From IMG/VR virus record IMGVR_UViG_3300020045_005649, positions 1-29,799 of that record: a stretch of 29,799 nt of DNA; one strand, written 5' to 3'. Under the pieces are notes generated by a model. That model was given only the letters and a program-made list of their open reading frames with translations, made no database searches and was not told the origin of the DNA. This document shows, one piece after another, positions 1 through 7,487 of this stretch; within the stretch, counting starts at the first letter, position 1, and the number at the start of each line of letters is the position of its first letter. Position numbers and translations under genes: made by a program. Source of the DNA: a virus. Its lineage: Duplodnaviria; Caudoviricetes.

Positions 1-102
1 AGATATAACCAATCAAAAGCCGCTAAGTATTTTGATGTCTCAAGAGGAACCTTCAGAAAATTATTAGTGGTCCATTTTGGTGATAAATATATAGGGGAAT
101 AA
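1..102 (+). CDS. Fis-family helix-turn-helix protein, C-terminal part (truncated by window edge; not in ORF track)
   Basis: Frame 1 reads RYNQSKAAKYFDVSRGTFRKLLVVHFGDKYIGE*, matching the Fis HTH pattern (E. coli Fis [21 protein letters not shown]). Confidence 0.75.
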   Translation, partial: RYNQSKAAKYFDVSRGTFRKLLVVHFGDKYIGE

Positions 103-103
103 C

Positions 104-394
104 ATGAACTGGAACGATAAGAAAGAAGTAAAGGAATTTGTGATGGAAGCAGTTAAACAACATGGATGGGTATTACAATATGTTTCCGAAAAACTCCGAA
201 ATGATATCGATATTATAAATAACTCTAAACTACCTTACCCAATAATAAAAAGGTTAAGAAGAATTGAAATAGGATGTATGAGAAAAACTAAAGAAGAATG
301 GTTAAACACACCTTTTGAAGATGTTCAAGAAGCACTATATAACTCTAAACCTTTATATGATAGATATATTAAACTAATTAAGGAACTAAAATGA
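104..394 (+). CDS. DUF4116-type repeat protein, short paralogue (one repeat unit plus C-terminal IGC-motif domain)
   Basis: EFVMEAVKQHGWVLQYVSEKLRND repeat; GGGGA SD upstream; C-terminus near identical to the next gene. Confidence 0.8.
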   Translation: MNWNDKKEVKEFVMEAVKQHGWVLQYVSEKLRNDIDIINNSKLPYPIIKRLRRIEIGCMRKTKEEWLNTPFEDVQEALYNSKPLYDRYIKLIKELK

Positions 395-930
395 CAGTAT
401 ATAAAAGTAATAGGATAAAGAATGACATGAACTGGAACGATAAGAAAGAAGTATTGGAAGCAGTTAAAAAAGATGGGCGGGCATTACAATATGCTTCAAA
501 AGAACTACAAAATGATAGAGAAATTGTGCTAGAAGCAGTTAAGGGACATGGTTGGGCATTAACATTTGCTCCAGTAGAACTGAGAAATGATAAAGAATTT
601 GTGCTAGAAGCAGTTAAGCAAGATGGAATAGTATTATGCTTTGCTCCAAGAGAACTACGAAATGATAAGGAAGTTGTGATGGAAGCAATTAAACAAAATG
701 GATGGGTATTAAAGTATGCTTCCGTAAAACTCCGAAATGATATCGATATTGTAAATAACTCTAAATTACCTTACCCAATAATAAAAAGGTTAAGAAGAAT
801 TGAAATAGGATGTATGAGAAAAACTAAAGAAGAATGGTTAAACACACCTTTTGAAGATGTTCAAGAAGCACTATATAATTCTAAACCTTTATATGACAGA
901 TATATTAAATTAATTGAGGAAATAAAATGA
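191..930 (+). repeat. 204-bp direct repeat (191-394 and 727-930) plus 75-bp tandem coding units (about 436-735)
   Basis: Manual alignment gave 7 mismatches in 204 bp; ATGAACTGGAACGATAAGAAAGAAGTA also recurs at 104 and 427. Confidence 0.95.
427..930 (+). CDS. DUF4116-type repeat protein, long paralogue (four 25-aa units); ORF track start is 391
   Basis: Four units of ND(K/R)xxVLEAVKxxGxALxYAxxELR; start moved to 427 because MNWNDKKEV is identical to the N-terminus of the upstream paralogue. Confidence 0.85.
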   Translation: MNWNDKKEVLEAVKKDGRALQYASKELQNDREIVLEAVKGHGWALTFAPVELRNDKEFVLEAVKQDGIVLCFAPRELRNDKEVVMEAIKQNGWVLKYASVKLRNDIDIVNNSKLPYPIIKRLRRIEIGCMRKTKEEWLNTPFEDVQEALYNSKPLYDRYIKLIEEIK

Positions 931-1076
931 TAACTTTATGTGGCTTAATATCTATCTTTTTATGTCTGTTCCCAAAAACCTCTCTATACCTATGGTACCC
1001 AATTAAAGTGGTAGGAGTAGCATGGGGAACACTCTGTGTATTAGCTGGGGCAGACCTTATTTATATTTTAACCTAG
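927..1076 (+). CDS. Small hydrophobic (probable membrane) protein, 49 aa, not in ORF track
   Basis: MITLCGLISIFLCLFPKTSLYLWYPIKVVGVAWGTLCVLAGADLIYILT; ATGA overlap with the upstream stop; fills the gap before the ATG at 1085. Confidence 0.6.
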   Translation: MITLCGLISIFLCLFPKTSLYLWYPIKVVGVAWGTLCVLAGADLIYILT

Positions 1077-1084
1077 GACCTGAA

Positions 1085-1978
1085 ATGAACAATCAAGAAA
1101 TTTTAGAAAAATTAAACAAACTTGTTTACGGGCATGTAGAGACTAAGAAACTTTTAATAACTCTTATTCAACGCTCAAAACTAAGATACTATAAAAAATG
1201 TGTTCTTAATGAGCCGACTGATTTAAAACCTTTACGGTGTCTCTTAATAGGGGATAGTGGAACTGGAAAAACCCATTTATTAGGTTCATTACGAACTCTT
1301 ATGCCCTTCCCGTATCTTTATATAGATGCTACGAGGTTGGCTCCCACTAGTGCGGACGGAATTACCCAAGAAAAATTAACTGCCTTAATTGACTCTACCG
1401 CGGAGCGGGCGGTTAAATCTGGAGTTGCCTTCTCTCACGAGGGCGCTTTGAATAGCATGGTTATCTTTGTTGACGAGATTGATAAATTAGGAATTGATTC
1501 AAATGGACGTGGATGGAATCTATCTACTCAAAGTTCCTTTTTAACTTTAATAGATAACAAAGAGAAATATAGTGGAATATCTTGGGTATTTGCTGGAGCA
1601 TTTCATGACTGTAAACAACGACAACATTCCCGTTCAATAGGCTTTTTTACTTCTGAGCTATTGCCTTTAGTAGGAAACATTGATTTAACAACTAGCGGGT
1701 TAATTCCAGAATTACTAGGGCGGATGTCCTTAACTGTTCGCTTAGATACCTTTTCAGCGGAAGACTATAAAAAAATACTAGTAGATTTCTTATTACCTAC
1801 AAAACACGCTTGTTTGACGGAATTAAACATAAACATTTCTACACCAGATGATACAGAACTAGATAGAATGGCTTCACAAGCTGTATCCAGTTCTCAGGGG
1901 GTAAGGTATATAGAAAAAGAACTAGAAACTTATTATTTAGAGGCTGAATTTACTAATAAGACTACACTATGTTTCTAA
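1085..1978 (+). CDS. clpX: ClpX/HslU-like AAA+ ATPase lacking the N-terminal zinc-binding domain (ORF track start is 1022)
   Basis: LNKLVYGH start, Walker A GDSGTGKT, DAT, Walker B IFVDEIDK, FAGAF, SIGF (IGF loop), GLIPELLGR. Confidence 0.85.
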   Translation: MNNQEILEKLNKLVYGHVETKKLLITLIQRSKLRYYKKCVLNEPTDLKPLRCLLIGDSGTGKTHLLGSLRTLMPFPYLYIDATRLAPTSADGITQEKLTALIDSTAERAVKSGVAFSHEGALNSMVIFVDEIDKLGIDSNGRGWNLSTQSSFLTLIDNKEKYSGISWVFAGAFHDCKQRQHSRSIGFFTSELLPLVGNIDLTTSGLIPELLGRMSLTVRLDTFSAEDYKKILVDFLLPTKHACLTELNINISTPDDTELDRMASQAVSSSQGVRYIEKELETYYLEAEFTNKTTLCF

Positions 1979-2463
1979 TAATCTGCATAAACAAGAGTCC
2001 CCTCTTTAATTAAATCAATTAATGAGCTTGATATAGAGGGGTCCACAGCTAAACATCCCCAGGACCGTCCTGCGTAACCATGAGCCTGTATGTATTCATC
2101 AGTAACGTAGTTAGAGGGATGAACAACAATAGACCGTAGGTAAACCAGATTATTAATACCTTTTTCTAGTCCGTGAAGGCGAAGACTCTTACCATATTTT
2201 CCGTAATAAACTTTACCAGTTCGCATGGCCCCTAAACTACTTTGTCGACTACCGAGTAAGTTACTGAATCTATTGGAGATTTCGGGGGAACTACCTGTCG
2301 ACTTAGTTCCATGTGCTACATGATGTTCTCTAATGACTTCCTTTTTATTTAAATCATATACAAACAATCTCTTTTTATAAGAAGGTAAACTATAATCGAT
2401 ATATACCATATAATCTTTATTTACTTGTGATTTAAATTTTTCATAAATTGAGCTAAGCTGCAT
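1975..2463 (-). CDS. Murein L,D-transpeptidase catalytic-domain protein (YkuD_2 type)
   Basis: IDYSLPSYKKRLFVYDL, VAHG, FSN..S.QSSLG, SLRLHGLEKGINN, catalytic IVVH...GRSWGCLAV. Confidence 0.88.
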   Translation of the reverse strand: MQLSSIYEKFKSQVNKDYMVYIDYSLPSYKKRLFVYDLNKKEVIREHHVAHGTKSTGSSPEISNRFSNLLGSRQSSLGAMRTGKVYYGKYGKSLRLHGLEKGINNLVYLRSIVVHPSNYVTDEYIQAHGYAGRSWGCLAVDPSISSSLIDLIKEGTLVYADY

Positions 2464-2466
2464 AGT

Positions 2467-2542
2467 ACTCCCCAGTAACTAGATAGTAATAGATTGACCG
2501 GACGACAAGTTGAGTATAGCATACTTATTAGAAATAATCAAG
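2467..2542 (-). promoter_or_regulatory. Sigma70-type promoter + leader + RBS cassette, copy A, driving the L,D-transpeptidase gene
   Basis: Minus strand: TTGATT (2541-2536), 17 nt, TATACT (2518-2513) with extended -10 TG; GGGGAG then TACT then ATG at 2463. Confidence 0.8.
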
Positions 2543-2557
2543 TAACCGGAAAAATAT

Positions 2558-2596
2558 TTTAATTTAGCTTGTATTCTCAATATAATAGTATATTAT
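2558..2596 (+). promoter_or_regulatory. Candidate rightward promoter(s) for the replication genes
   Basis: TTTAAT-N17-TATAAT (2558-2586) and TTGTAT-N16-TATTAT (2569-2596); the region is very AT-rich, so chance matches are possible. Confidence 0.4.
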
Positions 2597-2626
2597 TAAT
2601 AATATAACAACAAGGAAACAATATGT

Positions 2627-2776
2627 ATGATAGATTTAAATGTATTATTACAGCTGGCAGATGAGTTTAACTTACCTGTTATAATTAGACAAGATCATAT
2701 TGTTATTTGCGGACAGAAAGAATTTTTATTATTTTTAATTGAGGATATAACACAATGTCAACTGAAACCAATTTAA
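2627..2776 (+). CDS. Possible small hypothetical protein, 49 aa
   Basis: MIDLNVLLQLADEFNLPVIIRQDHIVICGQKEFLLFLIEDITQCQLKPI; AAGGA upstream; fills the gap before the SSB. Confidence 0.4.
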   Translation: MIDLNVLLQLADEFNLPVIIRQDHIVICGQKEFLLFLIEDITQCQLKPI

Positions 2777-3264
2777 TAATCTCACCAGTTGGTGAAATTC
2801 AATTTATGGCGGTAGCTAACACTGTTCTGAATGAAAAGACTGAAAAAGAAGAGTATGTTGTTAGAATGGCGTTTGATTCTAAAAAAGATTCTGCCTTTTT
2901 GACTAAGATTTCAGACATTAATCCTGATATTCTGGTTACTTCTACAACGTATCGGGGTAAAAGTCAAGAGATTAAGGCCTTGCTGCAATCAGGTAAGACA
3001 TTAATCAGAGCCGCTACTCTTCGTACCCCACTATTAAGTGACGCGAATGGAAATGAAATAGAGGAAGCTCCGTATTTCTTTAAAGACTCAAAGGGAACAG
3101 CTAAAATTATGATTGAACCATTTGAAGGAAAGAAGGGAGGAGGAATTAAGTTAGCTGCGATAATAATTCACGATTTGGAAATTGGAAATGCAACTACAAC
3201 TTGCAGTCAAGAAGAAAATTTAGCTCGGATTAGAGCTGCATTAGCTGAAGAGGTAGGTAAATAA
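2755..3264 (+). CDS. Single-stranded DNA-binding protein, T7 gp2.5-like
   Basis: N-terminal ISPVGEIQF, EYVVRMAF and GIKLAAIIIHDL pattern; size; position directly before PolA. Confidence 0.65.
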   Translation: MSTETNLIISPVGEIQFMAVANTVLNEKTEKEEYVVRMAFDSKKDSAFLTKISDINPDILVTSTTYRGKSQEIKALLQSGKTLIRAATLRTPLLSDANGNEIEEAPYFFKDSKGTAKIMIEPFEGKKGGGIKLAAIIIHDLEIGNATTTCSQEENLARIRAALAEEVGK

Positions 3265-5213
3265 TGATTGTCGCTATAGACTTTGAGACGTACTTAATTG
3301 GCAAGGATGCCATTTTCCCTAAACCTGTGTGTTTAAGTTCATATGATGGGAATCAAGCTTTACTACACCGTAAAGAGGACATGAAAGAGTATCTTAGAGA
3401 TATACTACAGAAGGATATTATCATTGCTCATAATGCAGTATTTGAATGTGGAGTTATAATAACCCACTTTCCTGAATTAACTAATCAGTTATTTGCTGCC
3501 TTAGATGAAGGTAGAATTTATTGTACTAAGGTTGCAGAACAGCTAAATAATATTCTTAGACAAAAGGCAATACATTCTCTTACACTCTCTAATCTAGTGT
3601 GGAGTTATTTTAAAGAAGATATTTCTGCCACTAAAGAGCAAGATGCTTGGCGAATGAGGTATTCTGAGTTAGAAAACGTAGATGTTTGGCCTCAAGAAGC
3701 TATTCAATATGTTTTAGACGATTCTATCTGGGCATATAAATTATATAGCGCACAAGAGAAAAGAGCCCAAAAAGAATGTGTTAAAGCGGCAGTGTACTTG
3801 AATTTAATGGGAGCTACTGGATTAAAGATAGATTTAAACAGAGCAAGTATATTACGTAGAGAAGTTACTGAACATTTAAAACCCCACTATGAATTACTTA
3901 TTAGTAGAGAAATGTGTGTAAAAACTAAAGAGGGCAAGTATAAGAAAGAAGTGAAAAAGCTTCAGGGATATGTAAAGGAATTAAGTGTCCAATTAATGTA
4001 TACAAATTCTGGACAACCAAGTGTCAAATCCGAAGCACTAGAAACTTATAAGCATCAGGTAGATGACGAAATAGTAAACTCGTTTGCATATCTTTCTTTA
4101 TATGAAAAAGTGATAGCTGCTTATTTAAATAGAATGACCGAAGATATAATATATAGCCAATATTCTGCAGTAAAGAATACTTGTAGAACCTCTTCAAATG
4201 GAACAGATTTATTTCCTTCTCTTAATATACAGCAATTGCCTAGAAAAGTAGAAAATGTAACTTATGATCTTAGGAATTGTTTTGTTCCTCGGTCGGGACG
4301 TAAAATACTCTCTATAGATTATGCTGGAATAGAACTTTGCTCAACTGCTTACCAACTGTTTAAAATTTATGGAAAGTCATCTATGTTAGATAAGTTAAAT
4401 AGTGGGAATTCCCCTATAGATATGCACAGTTTGTTAGCAGCTAAAATTAAAAAGATTTCTTATGACCATTTTATCTTAAACAAGGCTAAATACAAAGAAG
4501 ATAGACAAAAAGCTAAACCAATTAATTTAGGGTTTCCGGGAGGTTTAGGGTATGATACTATGCGAACTATTATGTGGAAGGATGGAATAAGGACTGAGTT
4601 TAAGATTTTACAAGAAGCAGATACAAAACAAGAATTGTTTCCCTACCTATACGCACTTTGTAGAGATGATTTAAGAATAGCTCGGTTGAGTAAATATAAG
4701 TATGCTTTAGTTAAAGATGAGTTGATTACTCTTAAGAAAAATTTTCTTAGTTTGTACCCAGAATTAGAGATGTTCTTAAAAGAAGGTCATAAGCAGTTTT
4801 TAACTGGGGAATATCGATGGGTGCAGAATGATTTTGGGGAAGTAGAAGAAGAGCCCATGTATGCTTATGAAGTATATGGATTCAAGAGGGACTGGTGCAC
4901 ATATACTGCTTTATGTAATGGACTATTAATGCAGACTCCCTCAGCCATAGGGGCTAAAAGAGCAGTTTGCCGAATTGTACGAGATTTTTGGCGGCATCCA
5001 GAAATTACTCCACTAGCATTTATCCATGATGAAATATTGTTTGAGGTTATTGATAATAGTCGGATTCTGGATAATGCAGAGGAGCTTTCTTATATAATGA
5101 TTGATGAAATGAAAACCGTATTTCCGTCTGTTCGTATAACAGTGGAAGCTTCTTTATCCGATCAGTGGCAGAAAGCTGATGGATATTGGACTAAAAAGTT
5201 TTGGAGCGACTGA
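3264..5213 (+). CDS. polA: Phage family A DNA polymerase with 3'-5' exonuclease domain
   Basis: ExoI DFET, ExoII AHNAVFE, ExoIII YVLDD, NIQQLPR, motif A DYAGIEL, motif B RQKAKPINLG, motif C IHDEI. Confidence 0.95.
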   Translation: MIVAIDFETYLIGKDAIFPKPVCLSSYDGNQALLHRKEDMKEYLRDILQKDIIIAHNAVFECGVIITHFPELTNQLFAALDEGRIYCTKVAEQLNNILRQKAIHSLTLSNLVWSYFKEDISATKEQDAWRMRYSELENVDVWPQEAIQYVLDDSIWAYKLYSAQEKRAQKECVKAAVYLNLMGATGLKIDLNRASILRREVTEHLKPHYELLISREMCVKTKEGKYKKEVKKLQGYVKELSVQLMYTNSGQPSVKSEALETYKHQVDDEIVNSFAYLSLYEKVIAAYLNRMTEDIIYSQYSAVKNTCRTSSNGTDLFPSLNIQQLPRKVENVTYDLRNCFVPRSGRKILSIDYAGIELCSTAYQLFKIYGKSSMLDKLNSGNSPIDMHSLLAAKIKKISYDHFILNKAKYKEDRQKAKPINLGFPGGLGYDTMRTIMWKDGIRTEFKILQEADTKQELFPYLYALCRDDLRIARLSKYKYALVKDELITLKKNFLSLYPELEMFLKEGHKQFLTGEYRWVQNDFGEVEEEPMYAYEVYGFKRDWCTYTALCNGLLMQTPSAIGAKRAVCRIVRDFWRHPEITPLAFIHDEILFEVIDNSRILDNAEELSYIMIDEMKTVFPSVRITVEASLSDQWQKADGYWTKKFWSD

Positions 5214-5239
5214 AAGTCGCTATAGTGACCTTCGGTCAC
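5205..5239. other. Twin hairpin element at the polymerase stop codon
   Basis: AGCGACT-GAA-AGTCGCT (5205-5221) and GTGACC-TTC-GGTCAC (5225-5239), both perfect stems, directly before the AGGAGA SD. Confidence 0.7.
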
Positions 5240-5249
5240 AGGAGATAAA

Positions 5250-5885
5250 GTGAAAAGAATAATAAAGAGTGAAAAGAAATGGTTAGAGATGAGAACCCAT
5301 TTTGTTACTGCATCGAATGCAGCTACTTTAGTTGGGCTTAATCCATACTCTAGCCCTGGTCGGTTGAAGTCTCCAGAACCTTTTGAAGGAAACGCTTTCA
5401 CTAAAGTTGGGCAAATGTTAGAGCCAGTTGTTGTTAATGTCGTTAATAGTGTTTTGAACACTGAGTTTGTTTTATTTGAAACCGAACAAAAAGGTAAAGT
5501 GTTTTATACTAATGGCTCTTTAGGTGCTACTCCTGATGCTTATTATGAGAATATTTTACTTGAATGCAAAACGACTCGACCACATACTTATCATAAATAT
5601 GCAGGATACCCTAATGTTCCTTATTTAATTTAAGCACAAGTGCAGCTTTGTTGTACGGGAAGGGACATTGCGTATCTAGCAATATTGAATACGGATTTAA
5701 CACAACAAACAGCCGAACTGCACTGGCCGATTGTTATTTATAAAACAGAGAAAAATATGCAGATTTGTGAAATTTTACAGGAGGAAGCCACCAGATTTTT
5801 AAAAAGTAAGTCGTTTAGAGTAAACAGTGAGTATAAAAAATTAGTTAAATTATTATTGAGCTTATCATATGAAAAAATTTATTAA
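5250..5885 (+). pseudogene. YqaJ/lambda-exonuclease-family nuclease interrupted by one in-frame TAA (5631-5633)
   Basis: WLEMR..VTAS, G..LEP, ATPD, ECKT motifs; ORFs 5250-5633 and 5640-5885 share a frame and read YLI*AQVQL, the YxxQxQxQ motif with the stop at the first Gln. Confidence 0.85.
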
Positions 5886-6224
5886 AAATATATGTAGGTA
5901 TTCTCCTTAGGTTTTTAGGATTAATCGTCCTTTTCTTTTTTATTTGGGGAACCATATTAGAATATAATGTTTTGTGGAAAACAGGTCCGGTTCCGCAACA
6001 TATACATGAAATTATAAAGGTAAGCGGAGAAAGAAATAACGTTAGAACAGGAAGCAGACGTGTATGGTGCGTCGTTGATGCTTAGAGCAGGGTACGACAT
6101 CTGTCAAGGACGAAAGTGGTTCCTGAAGCGTTATTTGGAGGTTGGAGAGGCGGTCGATGATAATCATCCAACGTATCTGACTAGGTATAATCAATTAAGT
6201 TATCCTTGGTGTAAAGGAGATTAG
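5869..6224 (+). pseudogene. M48-family metallopeptidase remnant (frameshifted, HExxH segment missing)
   Basis: Frame 6024-6224 reads EQEADVYGASLMLRAGYD...NHPTYLTR (M48 ExxAD...AGYD...HP...R); upstream in another frame lies a TM segment ILLRFLGLIVLFFFIWG. Confidence 0.7.
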
Positions 6225-6275
6225 AAAACCCGTATTTGAGGGTAAACTTAAAATTATTGGGGATTGGAGGTAAAA

Positions 6276-6460
6276 ATGAAAACACAAGAAGAAAAGATTA
6301 GAATAGGTCAAGCGTACAACTTGGCTATAGCGGACTCAATTCATAACGGGAAAGGAGATGATACTAATTATATATATATCGACGTTATATTAGATATTAG
6401 GAGTTAGCTAAAATTCTTCAAGATGGGGATATTGAACAAGTTAAAGAGGTGCTTAAATGA
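6276..6460 (+). pseudogene. Small hypothetical gene, probably broken (TA-repeat slip plus in-frame TAG)
   Basis: GGAGG SD then MKTQEEKIRIGQAYNLA...; removing one TA from the (TA)5 tract gives YIYRRYIRY*ELAKILQDGDIEQVKEVLK, ending in an ATGA overlap with yopX. Confidence 0.5.
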
Positions 6461-6810
6461 GAGAGTATAAATTTAGAGCTTTTATTTTAAATCCTTCCCT
6501 GGAATCCAATAATATAGTGCGGCATTCGGAGGAATTTGCATGTTTATGTGATTTTTTTACTTTAATGGGAAATCACGAAATAGATATTATGGAATGGACT
6601 GGATTAAAAGATTCAACAGGAGAAGATATTTATGAAGGAGATTTGGTAACTGGCGATTATGTTTGGGGAGGGCATGCTTTTTTGAATAAGGAAGTTGTAT
6701 TTAAGTTTGGAAGCTTTTTAGTGCACATCATTGATGACCGCTTGTTAAATTTATCAGATTTAGATGTTAAAGTAACGGGGAACAAATATGAAGTTAATTT
6801 ACCTAGCTAG
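6457..6810 (+). CDS. YopX-family phage protein
   Basis: MREYKFRA...MEWTGLKDSTGEDIYEGD...VTGNKYE. Confidence 0.85.
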   Translation: MREYKFRAFILNPSLESNNIVRHSEEFACLCDFFTLMGNHEIDIMEWTGLKDSTGEDIYEGDLVTGDYVWGGHAFLNKEVVFKFGSFLVHIIDDRLLNLSDLDVKVTGNKYEVNLPS

Positions 6811-7150
6811 TCCCTTTACACATAAAAGTAAGGTTGTTATGAAACTTAGATGGGCTATTGTTACAGCGATTGGTGCTAAATTAGTTTCCCTAGGTTACCA
6901 CATATTTGGCCCCATTACTGAAAGTCATGCGTATGATGAGTTTGGCGTAGGACAACATGGGTGGGAGTTCTGGCAAGAACATGATAATCTCATGATCGAT
7001 AAATGCGATGAAGTCTGGGTAGTTAGAATGAAAGGGTGGAAAGAAAGTCGAGGAGTTAAGGCTGAGATTGCTTATGCTCGGAGCGGAGATAAACCAATTT
7101 TTTACATGGATGTTGAAGACTACTTACCAGAAATTCTAGAGGTTATTTGA
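6788..7150 (+). CDS. Nucleoside 2-deoxyribosyltransferase-like protein (DUF1937 type)
   Basis: IYLASPFTH, CDEVWV, GWKESRGVKAEIAYA. Confidence 0.75.
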   Translation: MKLIYLASPFTHKSKVVMKLRWAIVTAIGAKLVSLGYHIFGPITESHAYDEFGVGQHGWEFWQEHDNLMIDKCDEVWVVRMKGWKESRGVKAEIAYARSGDKPIFYMDVEDYLPEILEVI

Positions 7151-7160
7151 TAAAACGGGG

Positions 7161-7484
7161 ATGTACATGCTTAATCAAAAAGTTAGATATAAGATATTAA
7201 ATATGTTGGAGGAAGTTCTCGAGGATACCATGAAAGTTTTTGATTTTGGGAACCAGAAACACCCAAATAGTGGGGATATTCCTAACTTTCTAACACCGGA
7301 AGGTAATAAGTGTTCCTTAGAGGTTAGAGGAAATAGCTGTCTACATCATGCAGCTAGTGTACGTTGTGGGGAACAAGCAGATAAAGAGTCTGGGCTGCAT
7401 CCTGCCTTGCATTTGATAGCATCGGCTGCTATAGTCTATATTAGACAGAAACGAAATATTATACATTCAGACGATCAGGAGTAA
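7161..7484 (+). CDS. dATP/dGTP diphosphohydrolase-like domain protein (DUF5664 type)
   Basis: VFDFGNQKH and DKESGLHPALH resemble the V..FG..KY and D.ESGL.HL.H motifs. Confidence 0.65.
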   Translation: MYMLNQKVRYKILNMLEEVLEDTMKVFDFGNQKHPNSGDIPNFLTPEGNKCSLEVRGNSCLHHAASVRCGEQADKESGLHPALHLIASAAIVYIRQKRNIIHSDDQE

Positions 7485-7487
7485 AGA

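Noticed and set aside
436-735. CRISPR-like array
   Set aside because: The units are degenerate in-frame 75-bp coding repeats without unique spacers
191-930. Diversity-generating retroelement TR/VR pair
   Set aside because: The 7 mismatches are not adenine-specific (four are C/T), both copies are coding, and there is no reverse transcriptase in the window
5631-6400. Stop-codon reassignment (TAA or TAG read as Gln)
   Set aside because: Many intact genes end cleanly in TAA or TAG, coding density is high under the standard code, and the lesions include frameshifts
3264-7484. Z-genome (2-aminoadenine) system
   Set aside because: No PurZ, DatZ or MazZ-like gene is recognisable in the window; the polymerase motif alone is insufficient
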